DNA from: a virus
Reading direction: 5' to 3' (one strand)
Virus record (IMG/VR): IMGVR_UViG_3300028549_000688
DNA length: 64,000 bases
Each line of letters begins with the position of its first letter. Within the stretch, counting starts at the first letter, position 1. Below the pieces are notes generated by a model, which did not search any database, was not told where the DNA came from, and saw only the letters and a program-made list of their open reading frames with translations. Shown one piece after another: positions 9,053-16,401 of this stretch. Position numbers and translations under genes: made by a program.

Positions 9053-9668
9053 ACGTGAAATCTACTGCTGTGTCTCGACGTTGATGAGTGCTGTGCTCGC
9101 TGCGTCACGCAGCATGCCGTACAAGGAATTCAGGGATGAATTCTGCATTGACGAGGACGACCTGCTGAGTCTGTTTCAGAGCCCAAATTACGAGGAAGCT
9201 GCCCGGCAGTTTGTGATGGACGATGCCGATGTCGACCAGCTCAAAGAGGTGGCAGACGAAAACGGCTACTGGGATGACGTACTCGACGCTTGCCTGCCCG
9301 AGCTCGAAGGCGACCTCGACCCTGAAAACGAAGGACGATGGACGTTCCTCGGAGCGGGCGAGAGCTTCGAGGATGAAGACGAAGCTCGTGAAGCAGCCAT
9401 CGAAAGTGTGCTACCTGAAATTCGCGAGGCTGTGTGGGCCATCACCACGAATTACGAAGAGGTCTGCTCGACGTACAACCTCGATTACGAATACGACGAG
9501 GTTTACGAGCACTGGGTGGTAAGCGACTGGTTGGCCAAGAAGCTCAGTAAACGTGGCGAGGTCACAGGCGAAGTGGCTGGGCTCACGGTCTGGGGGCGCG
9601 GCTGCAGCGGTCAGTCCATCAGCATGGACTGGGTGATCCAGGAAATTGCTGCGGAGACGTACTCATGA
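9018..9668 (+). CDS. strongly acidic hypothetical protein (216 aa)
   Basis: ATG 9018 follows a GGGGAAA SD inside ORF 8913..9668. Long D/E-rich stretches. Confidence 0.55.
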   Translation: MENQDKATRLVEREIYCCVSTLMSAVLAASRSMPYKEFRDEFCIDEDDLLSLFQSPNYEEAARQFVMDDADVDQLKEVADENGYWDDVLDACLPELEGDLDPENEGRWTFLGAGESFEDEDEAREAAIESVLPEIREAVWAITTNYEEVCSTYNLDYEYDEVYEHWVVSDWLAKKLSKRGEVTGEVAGLTVWGRGCSGQSISMDWVIQEIAAETYS

Positions 9669-9898
9669 AAACCGAGACCTACGTCCTGCCCGCGTACTGG
9701 GCCAGCGCACTCATCAACGGTGACAACTCAGGGCTCGAAGACGACGAGATCAAGGAGATCGACAACTTCTGCAAAGGCATGGGGCCTTGCATCGACGTCT
9801 CTGACGAAAACGAATTTAGCTGGACCAACGACGCCAACGGTCTCGGCGGCTCAGTCGCCACGTTCACATTTCAAATTCTGGAGAAAGATCATGCGTAA
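9665..9898 (+). CDS. hypothetical acidic protein (77 aa)
   Basis: ATGA coupling to the upstream gene. Confidence 0.55.
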   Translation: MKTETYVLPAYWASALINGDNSGLEDDEIKEIDNFCKGMGPCIDVSDENEFSWTNDANGLGGSVATFTFQILEKDHA

Positions 9899-10865
9899 AC
9901 GTACCGTAATCACTGAAGACGTCGAAGGCGTCGACTGCGAACTCACCTTCGAGCCCGTTGAATACTGCGACTCACACAAAGCGCGTGTGGGTGACATGCT
10001 GGTCTACAGCTACCTGGTCTATGACAACATTGGGTACCGAGACATCGACGATCTGATGGGCGACTGCATGGGCACGCTCTACAGCTTTCACCGAGATGCA
10101 GGCCGTGACGACCACTCTAACGGACTCGAAGCCCTCGGCAACAACTCTGACGGTGAGGCTGACTTGGAGGCGGTATATCGCAGGCATGAGAGCGTGGCTG
10201 ACCATCGCTACGTCGAGGCAGCGTTCGAGTCCTTCAACTTGGAGGAACATCTACGGGCTTTTGGGCCGGGTGGCGAATGCGAGTTCGACCGTGAGGAGGG
10301 CGAAAGTGACGTTGACTTTATCAAGCGAGGCTTGCTCACCGACGCCGAATATCACGACTGGGAGTGCGTCGTTCACGACGACATCTACCGCGACGTGCTT
10401 GAGAAGATGTGGAGCGAGCCTGAGTTCTTCCCGGGCGACCCTGACGCCCAGCTTCTGTCCTGCTACAGCCATAGTGGCGAGCACTGGAGCCTCAGCGGCC
10501 ACGGTATGCAGTGCCGCTGGGACACGTCCAACAGCGCAGGGGTCTGGGTGCCTGGCGACTGCCTGAGTAACGAGCTGGCCGAGCTCACAGACCCAGTGGA
10601 GCGCCGCCAACAAGCGCAAGGCTACTGCATGAGCTTCCTCGAACAGTACAACGACATCAACAGTGGCCAAGTGTTCGGTATCGTCGTCGAGTGGTTCGAC
10701 GAGGAGGGTACAGCGATCGAACACGACAGCTGCTGGGGCTTCGTGGGTAGCGACCACGCCGAAGAGTCACTCAAGGAGACGTTCGACGGTGTGGTTAAGA
10801 CCCTGCAGAAGAAGTACGAGGACGACGTGCGTACGCAGTGCGGCAAACAGCTGGAGCTTGCATGA
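9891..10865 (+). CDS. hypothetical acidic protein (324 aa)
   Basis: ATG 9891 follows a GGAGAAAG SD. The upstream part of ORF 9720..10865 is S/T/R-rich and looks non-coding. Confidence 0.6.
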   Translation: MRKRTVITEDVEGVDCELTFEPVEYCDSHKARVGDMLVYSYLVYDNIGYRDIDDLMGDCMGTLYSFHRDAGRDDHSNGLEALGNNSDGEADLEAVYRRHESVADHRYVEAAFESFNLEEHLRAFGPGGECEFDREEGESDVDFIKRGLLTDAEYHDWECVVHDDIYRDVLEKMWSEPEFFPGDPDAQLLSCYSHSGEHWSLSGHGMQCRWDTSNSAGVWVPGDCLSNELAELTDPVERRQQAQGYCMSFLEQYNDINSGQVFGIVVEWFDEEGTAIEHDSCWGFVGSDHAEESLKETFDGVVKTLQKKYEDDVRTQCGKQLELA

Positions 10866-11071
10866 AATTCAAATTCGCACCCAAAGGTGACTACCACCCT
10901 GGCCAGACGATTGTCATCGAAGGCAAGCCCTGGACCATCGACAGTGTTTCCCACACAGGGCGAAACCTTGAAGTGACCACACCGTTCAACGGCTACACCA
11001 ACATGCCCAAGTTTGAACGCATGTTGGTCATTCTGACCGATGCAAAACCTATCGTGGAAATACCGGCATGA
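10862..11071 (+). CDS. hypothetical protein (69 aa)
   Basis: ATGA coupling at 10862. Confidence 0.55.
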   Translation: MKFKFAPKGDYHPGQTIVIEGKPWTIDSVSHTGRNLEVTTPFNGYTNMPKFERMLVILTDAKPIVEIPA

Positions 11072-11325
11072 ACACGCCCTACAAGAGAGAGTTGCATCTC
11101 GCGGCGATCAAAGCCACCGGCGCAAAGCTCTCACAACCAAACGCCTTCGGTGATTCACCGAACAATGCCCACTGGGCGGCGTTCGATGTGCCTGGTGAGA
11201 GCCGCATGGCGTTTCACGAAGTCTGCGAAAAGTTCGGCCTGTACACATCGTGGTTTGGAGAAGCCAACTACGCCCACAGTGGCGAAGCGTGCATGGTCAT
11301 TGCCAAATACGAAAGGGAAACATGA
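11068..11325 (+). CDS. hypothetical protein (85 aa)
   Basis: ATGA coupling. Confidence 0.55.
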   Translation: MNTPYKRELHLAAIKATGAKLSQPNAFGDSPNNAHWAAFDVPGESRMAFHEVCEKFGLYTSWFGEANYAHSGEACMVIAKYERET

Positions 11326-11981
11326 AACACACAACCACCATCCCGTTCAGTGGGTTCTACAACTCTGTCCACGACAGCTCGCTCGACGATGCGCTGGAGC
11401 AAATGTTCACTGACCGCGACACAGGGTGCAACAGTAACGACGGCCTTGTCTACGCCGCGATGAACAAGATCAACTGGCGCGCAGTGCACACGGAGTACGC
11501 CAGGGAGTACTGTGCAAACTTTGCAAGCTGGCTAGAACTTGACTTGGAGTTCGACGACCTGGACTCGCCACGCGAGTACAACTTCACGACTGACCGCATC
11601 TTCTGCAGCATCAGTGAAGACAGCCTGAAGCGCGCCTACGACAGGGTGGATACACCTGCACTGCGCGAGTTGGTGCGCCAGCGGTTCACGAGCCGTGACG
11701 GGTTCATCAGCTTCTACGAGCCCGACCTGGACGACTGGCCTGCCAACGTCTTCGAGTGGGACTGCAACCAGATAGGCACATTGCTCATGGCACGGGCTGA
11801 CCAGGAGTGCAGCAATTCAGACGGCTTCGAGTGCTGGGACGAGTACGACCTGATGGAGTACGACCGATGCAACAGCGGTATTGACAACATGATCATCAAG
11901 AACATGCCCAACGCCGACCGGCTTTTCAAGGTCTTCGATTATTTAGAACTGCGGGCGCACCGCGAAGGAGTAACAGCGTGA
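11322..11981 (+). CDS. hypothetical acidic protein (219 aa)
   Basis: ATGA coupling at 11322. The upstream part of ORF 11250.. is implausible as coding. Confidence 0.6.
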   Translation: MKHTTTIPFSGFYNSVHDSSLDDALEQMFTDRDTGCNSNDGLVYAAMNKINWRAVHTEYAREYCANFASWLELDLEFDDLDSPREYNFTTDRIFCSISEDSLKRAYDRVDTPALRELVRQRFTSRDGFISFYEPDLDDWPANVFEWDCNQIGTLLMARADQECSNSDGFECWDEYDLMEYDRCNSGIDNMIIKNMPNADRLFKVFDYLELRAHREGVTA

Positions 11982-12136
11982 CAAACACCAACCCTGAGAC
12001 CGGCATTCGTTATGGGCTGATCAGCTCTAACAGCCTCGACCCCGAGGTCATCTACGACCTGCAAGCGATGGGGCCGCGACGTGCACTGGGGGATGGCCCT
12101 CGAAGACCTGAAGAAGCAGATCGCGCGCGAGGTTGA
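11978..12136 (+). CDS. 52-aa ORF, or the N-terminal part of a frameshifted gene continuing in 12081..12428
   Basis: GTG 11978 shows GTGA coupling and an AGGAG SD 8 nt upstream. The frame closes at TGA 12134-12136. Confidence 0.4.
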   Translation: MTNTNPETGIRYGLISSNSLDPEVIYDLQAMGPRRALGDGPRRPEEADRARG

Positions 12137-12428
12137 GAACGGAGAGCTGGCGCTCGAAGACGCTGACGACGAGTACACCCTCCGTGAGGAACGCATGGGC
12201 GACAGCTTCTACGACGACGAGCCTGTGCACGAGTTCCAGCGTGACGGCGTGCGCGGCCAGACAACCTGGCTCGGTGGCGCGCTGCTGGTGTTCATCTTTC
12301 ACAGCCCGTTCACCGGCCAGTTCGACCGGTGCTCGCCGTGCGTACCCAACGCCTGCGACCTCGACCACTTTAACCCCGATGGCTACGTCGGATATGACGT
12401 TCCACCAACCTGGAGGATTGAACAATGA
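12081..12428 (+). CDS. hypothetical protein (115 aa), possibly the C-terminal part of a frameshifted gene
   Basis: Frame is open from 12021. No convincing SD before GTG 12081 or ATG 12093. Confidence 0.45.
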   Translation: MHWGMALEDLKKQIAREVENGELALEDADDEYTLREERMGDSFYDDEPVHEFQRDGVRGQTTWLGGALLVFIFHSPFTGQFDRCSPCVPNACDLDHFNPDGYVGYDVPPTWRIEQ

Positions 12429-12958
12429 GCAACTTAACGGATGTTCTGCAGCATTGGCTGCAAGGCGAAATCAACACATGCGTTGCCGGCCATCAGTCGC
12501 GCATTGATCATCTGGAGGCACGCGTCGAAGCTCTGGCGCACGTAATCGACCGCCAAGCCCAGCTCATCGAAGACCAGCGTGCAGCGTTCAAGGAGCTGCA
12601 CAAAGAACTGCACAAGGGGCTACATCCAGCTTGCATGGAAAACTTCTTTGCAAACCTGGAGGAATGTGCAAGGGTGGGCTCGCTGCAGCGCTTACTTGGC
12701 TCTGAGTTCAACATTCTGCATGAAGCGCACAACCAGCTGGCAAACAAGGTGCAAGCCATGCTGGTGCCCGAGACGATGTGTGCAGACGCCCTGCTGGACA
12801 AGGTGTGCAACTCCGAGAACTGGAGTGACGCGGTGGCTGGATGCTACACCGACAGTGCGTTTGAAGAAGCTGTCAACGATGTCGTTTCGGGCCGAGAACT
12901 GAAACAAATGGTCAGAGACATCGTCAACGACCTTCGTTTCGATGTGAGTGTGCGATGA
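12425..12958 (+). CDS. hypothetical coiled-coil protein (177 aa)
   Basis: ATGA coupling. Confidence 0.6.
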   Translation: MSNLTDVLQHWLQGEINTCVAGHQSRIDHLEARVEALAHVIDRQAQLIEDQRAAFKELHKELHKGLHPACMENFFANLEECARVGSLQRLLGSEFNILHEAHNQLANKVQAMLVPETMCADALLDKVCNSENWSDAVAGCYTDSAFEEAVNDVVSGRELKQMVRDIVNDLRFDVSVR

Positions 12959-13383
12959 GCGCGCCGCACATCACCTGGGTGTTTGAGGCGATCTCGACGC
13001 CTCTCTACTTCACAACGATGATACCGCGCAGCGCGCCGATGTATGAGAACCTCGACGAACAGCTCGCATGCTTTGACGAGCTGGTCACTGAGTTGTCGAA
13101 CGCTGGCTACTACGCCATCAGGCTCGATCACAGAGAGTGGAAGCGATGGGCCTGGCCCGGGGGCTACCCAATCTTCTACATCACCAAGGACGGCGGTCGG
13201 CTCTGCAGCAGGTGCGCCAACGACAACATCAAGCTCACCAGCGACCCGCAGGCTGAAGACGACTGGCGCATCGTTGCAGCGGACATCAACTACGAAGACC
13301 CCGACCTGTTCTGCGATAACTGCTGTGAGCGCTGCGAGTCGGCATACGGTGACAACAACGAACAAGACAAGGACCCAACATGA
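12955..13383 (+). CDS. hypothetical Cys-rich protein (CSRC...CDNCCERC)
   Basis: ATGA coupling at 12955. Confidence 0.55.
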   Translation: MSAPHITWVFEAISTPLYFTTMIPRSAPMYENLDEQLACFDELVTELSNAGYYAIRLDHREWKRWAWPGGYPIFYITKDGGRLCSRCANDNIKLTSDPQAEDDWRIVAADINYEDPDLFCDNCCERCESAYGDNNEQDKDPT

Positions 13384-13589
13384 CAGCCACAGCCACCATC
13401 CAAGACGTCCACGGCAAGAAGGGCAAGCTCAGCCATATCGAAGTCAAGGTGTCTGCCTCGCAGATCGACTTCCCGTACACCGACGAGGCGCAGCGCCTGG
13501 CTCAGCTGGCCAACGCACGGTCCTACCTGCTGTCGGCCAACAAGGCCGGTGCCAAGCTCAAGATCAAAGAGCTGGAGGCAAAGCCGTGA
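13380..13589 (+). CDS. hypothetical protein (69 aa)
   Basis: ATGA coupling. Confidence 0.55.
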   Translation: MTATATIQDVHGKKGKLSHIEVKVSASQIDFPYTDEAQRLAQLANARSYLLSANKAGAKLKIKELEAKP

Positions 13590-13765
13590 TCATCCTCATC
13601 GAACTGCGCGGCGGGGCTGTTGCCAACGTCTGGTGCTCAGAGCCCGACGGAGCAGAAGTCATCGTGCGCGACCGCGACGCGATACGCACACTGGGCGCAC
13701 CAGACCCGATGGAAGAGACACCTGCGCTTGAGCATCTGCGCGTCCCACATTTTGTAATTTACTAA
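13586..13765 (+). CDS. hypothetical protein (59 aa)
   Basis: GTGA coupling at 13586. It is the C-terminal segment of the otherwise implausible ORF 13043..13765. Confidence 0.45.
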   Translation: MIILIELRGGAVANVWCSEPDGAEVIVRDRDAIRTLGAPDPMEETPALEHLRVPHFVIY

Positions 13766-13776
13766 AGGAGCACATT

Positions 13777-14085
13777 GTGCAAGAAGTTATTGATCATTTC
13801 AAAGCCGCAGGGCTGGAGCCCATCGTCATCGACGAGAACACGGACTTCGGCAAGCTGCCGCGTGTGCGCGAGACGAACACCGAGTTCATCACCCGTGTCA
13901 TGGAGTTCTGCCCGCACGGGCCGTTGGGGCAAGCGTTCATCCTGCACGCGCTGGACGTGTACTGCCAGCTGGTCGAAGCGGCCGATGAAACTGAGTTCGA
14001 CAACGGCATGTTCAGCAGCGGCGCCTGGAAGGGCGTCGGCAAGTGGATGCAGGGCGAGCTCGACGCACGCTTTGAGAAGGGCTGA
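13777..14085 (+). CDS. hypothetical protein (102 aa)
   Basis: GTG start follows an AAAGGAG SD. Confidence 0.55.
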   Translation: MQEVIDHFKAAGLEPIVIDENTDFGKLPRVRETNTEFITRVMEFCPHGPLGQAFILHALDVYCQLVEAADETEFDNGMFSSGAWKGVGKWMQGELDARFEKG

Positions 14086-14087
14086 GC

Positions 14088-14246
14088 ATGTTCTGGAAAT
14101 TCCTGGCAGGCCTGAGCAAGGCCACCTTTCACATCAGCCGAAGTGCGACGGCCATTGGCGCGGCTGTCGTTATCAGCGTCGGTGTGTACGACTTTTTGAA
14201 GGCGCGCAAGAAGCGCGACGAACAACCCCGAAGGAGATTAAGGTGA
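14088..14246 (+). CDS. 52-aa single-pass membrane protein
   Basis: My own translation: MFWKFLAGLSKATFHISRSATAIGAAVVISVGVYDFLKARKKRDEQPRRRLR. Its stop overlaps the thyX GTG. Below the track cut-off. Confidence 0.45.
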   Translation: MFWKFLAGLSKATFHISRSATAIGAAVVISVGVYDFLKARKKRDEQPRRRLR

Positions 14247-14923
14247 GCAAAATTGATGTACTCAACCACGGCTATGTCCGGCTTGTCGAGCACATGGGGT
14301 CAGACCTATCCATCGTGCGAAGCGCAAGGGTCTCGTACGACGCCGACTGGCGCGATGATATGCGCGGCGATGCCAAGCTCATCGACTACCTGGTTAAGAA
14401 CCGGCATACCAGCCCCCTGGAGTCCGTTGTCTTCACCTTCGAGGTCAAGGCCCCGATCTTCGTCTTCCGCCAGTGGCACCGGCATCGCACGTGGTCGTTT
14501 AACGAGGTGAGCGCCCGGTACTCTGAGCTACCGCAGGAGTTCTATATTCCAGAGGTGTCGCAGATCACCACACAGAGCAAGTCGAACAAGCAGATGCGTA
14601 CCGGCGATATTCACCCGGACGCAGATGAAATTCAGGACACGATCTCACACACATGTATGTTGGCGTTCGAGGCGTACCGGAAGATGATCAAGCTGGGCGC
14701 ACCTCGTGAACTGGCCAGGGGCGTCTTGCCTGTGAACACCTACAGCCGGATGTTTGCCACGGTCGATCTGCACAACCTGCTGCACTTCTTGAAGCTGCGT
14801 CTGCACGAGCACGCTCAGTATGAGATTCGTGTGTTCGCCCAGGCCATGCTGGAACTGGTCGAACCCATCGTACCTGTGGCAGTGGCAGCCTGGAAGCGTC
14901 ATGAACCTCGTCCTCAGTTATGA
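14243..14923 (+). CDS. thyX: flavin-dependent thymidylate synthase
   Basis: GTG 14243 follows an AAGGAG SD. ThyX signature RHRTWSFNEVSARY. The upstream part of ORF 13775.. overlaps other genes. Confidence 0.9.
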   Translation: MSKIDVLNHGYVRLVEHMGSDLSIVRSARVSYDADWRDDMRGDAKLIDYLVKNRHTSPLESVVFTFEVKAPIFVFRQWHRHRTWSFNEVSARYSELPQEFYIPEVSQITTQSKSNKQMRTGDIHPDADEIQDTISHTCMLAFEAYRKMIKLGAPRELARGVLPVNTYSRMFATVDLHNLLHFLKLRLHEHAQYEIRVFAQAMLELVEPIVPVAVAAWKRHEPRPQL

Positions 14924-15107
14924 CGAACTTGTAGCCCTGACCGGCTACAAGTACCCCAGCAAGCAGGCTGCGTGGCTGCGCAAGAACGGTATCAAGTACC
15001 GCTTGAACCGCTTCAACCGGCCGGTGGTGGACCGCACCCACTACCTGGCCAAGATGGGCCTGGGTGTGGCCAAGGCACCAGAGCCAAATTGGGAGGCATC
15101 CAAATGA
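14901..15107 (+). CDS. DUF4224-like small protein (commonly precedes phage integrases; possible directionality factor)
   Basis: ATG 14901. Sequence MNLVLSYDELVALTGY...AAWLRKNGIKY resembles that family (from memory). ATGA coupling into int. Confidence 0.55.
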   Translation: MNLVLSYDELVALTGYKYPSKQAAWLRKNGIKYRLNRFNRPVVDRTHYLAKMGLGVAKAPEPNWEASK

Positions 15108-16150
15108 AAGACAACCAGCCCGTACCAGGAGTACCGGGCCTGTACATGCGACCCGGCAAGCGGCGCGTCCTGTACTTCTGCAAGCCGCAGAACAAGTACA
15201 CACCCCTGGGTTATGACCTCGACGCAGCCAAGGCTGCGCTGGCCAAGCTCATGGAGATGCCGCTACTTCCCGGGCAGCACACGGTGGAGCACATGTGCCT
15301 GGCGTACATCGCTGAGCAAAAGCGCTACCTGGCCAACAACGACCTTGAGGCACTGGCACCTCGTACAATCAAGGACTATGAAGAGAGTTTGACCCGCTTC
15401 ATCATCCCGGTGTTCGGCCACATGCACCCGGACAGCGTGACCAAGAACCACATTGCCAAGTACCTAAAGGACGGACGCAGCACTCGGCGCACACGCGTGA
15501 ACCGTGAGCGCGCAGCACTCAGCAGTGCCTACAAGTTCGGCTTGGCTGAGGGTCTGGCCAAGGAGAACCCGTGCCACGGCGTGCCACGCAACACCGAGCG
15601 TCCACGCAGGCGCAACGTGACCATCGCTGAGTTCAACGACTTTCTGGAGCACGCCCGCGTCAAGGGCGGCTCGTCCTACATGGTGGCGCTCATCGGATGC
15701 ACCGTGGCCATCACCGGACGGCGGCGTGGCGAGATTCTGAACCTGACACGCGCAGCACTACAACCCGAGGGCTTCAGGGTCAAGGACATCAAGACCAAGG
15801 TGGGCGAGCCTGAGCGCCACTACCTTGTCGAGTGGAGCGACCTGCTGCACCAGCTCGTGAACGAAGTCATGGCCATCCCGCGCAGGGTGTCGAGCATCTA
15901 CCTGTTTGCCACAACCGACGAGGGCACACCCTACACCGACGCGGGGTTCAGTTGCCTGTGGGGGCGGCTCATGCGTAGCTACGCAGGTAGCAGGTCGAAC
16001 CCCAGGTGGTTCACAGCGCACGACCTGCGGGCTCTGTACGTCACGCAGATGCTCGAACAGAGTCGTGACCCCAAGACTCATAAAAATGAGCAGACAATGA
16101 AGAACGTGTATGAGCGCAGCCAGGTGATCAAGGTTTCGCCACTTGCGTGA
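15104..16150 (+). CDS. int: tyrosine integrase
   Basis: ATG 15104 follows a GGGAGG SD. Catalytic pattern ITGRRRGE (R), HDLRALY (HxxR), NVYERS (Y). Adjacent to a tRNA-derived att core. Confidence 0.9.
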   Translation: MKDNQPVPGVPGLYMRPGKRRVLYFCKPQNKYTPLGYDLDAAKAALAKLMEMPLLPGQHTVEHMCLAYIAEQKRYLANNDLEALAPRTIKDYEESLTRFIIPVFGHMHPDSVTKNHIAKYLKDGRSTRRTRVNRERAALSSAYKFGLAEGLAKENPCHGVPRNTERPRRRNVTIAEFNDFLEHARVKGGSSYMVALIGCTVAITGRRRGEILNLTRAALQPEGFRVKDIKTKVGEPERHYLVEWSDLLHQLVNEVMAIPRRVSSIYLFATTDEGTPYTDAGFSCLWGRLMRSYAGSRSNPRWFTAHDLRALYVTQMLEQSRDPKTHKNEQTMKNVYERSQVIKVSPLA

Positions 16151-16180
16151 GAGCATGTTAGACTATGTCAGACATATTCT

Positions 16181-16343
16181 GTAGCAAAAAGTGCGCTAAG
16201 TTGTTGATTTTATTGATGTGCGTGGCGCACTCTTAATCCGTAGGTCGAGAGTTCGAGCCTCTCAGTTCCCACCACCCATATAGGTTTGTTGCTATGAATT
16301 TTGACAAGAGATCGTAGCAAAAACTCTGAAACGTAGCAAAAAA
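16181..16343 (+). repeat. three direct copies of GTAGCAAAAA flanking the att core (candidate integrase arm-type sites)
   Basis: Copies at 16181-16190, 16314-16323 and 16333-16342. A near-inverse TTGCTAT lies at 16289-16295. Confidence 0.6.
16230..16274 (+). other. attP core: 3' half of a tRNA-Lys(CUU)-like gene, from anticodon loop to CCA
   Basis: CTCTTAA loop, TCCGT stem strand, T-arm GAGAG-TTCGAGC-CTCTC, AGTTCCC-A-CCA end. No matching 5' acceptor or D-arm upstream. Confidence 0.7.
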
Positions 16344-16369
16344 CCCGCCTTGAGCGGGTTTTCTTTTGT
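16333..16369. terminator. bidirectional rho-independent terminator
   Basis: Stem ACCCGC/GCGGGT (16343-16359) is flanked by an A-run upstream and TTTTCTTTT downstream. It sits between the convergent arms. Confidence 0.7.
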
Positions 16370-16401
16370 CATCGTTGCATGGCTCAAGACAAGAACCGCA
16401 G

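Noticed and set aside
13043-14242. Long ORFs 13043-13765 (240 aa) and the N-terminal 156 codons of ORF 13775-14923.
   Set aside because: Both are S/T/R/P-rich, out of frame with well-coupled small genes, and lack SDs. Only the last 59 codons of the first ORF (GTG 13586) and the ThyX part from GTG 14243 have proper initiation contexts.
16197-16274. A complete tRNA gene.
   Set aside because: Only the 3' half is present, from the anticodon loop through the T-arm to the acceptor 3' strand and CCA. The upstream 33 nt contain no GGGAACT acceptor strand and no D-arm. I interpret it as an att core.
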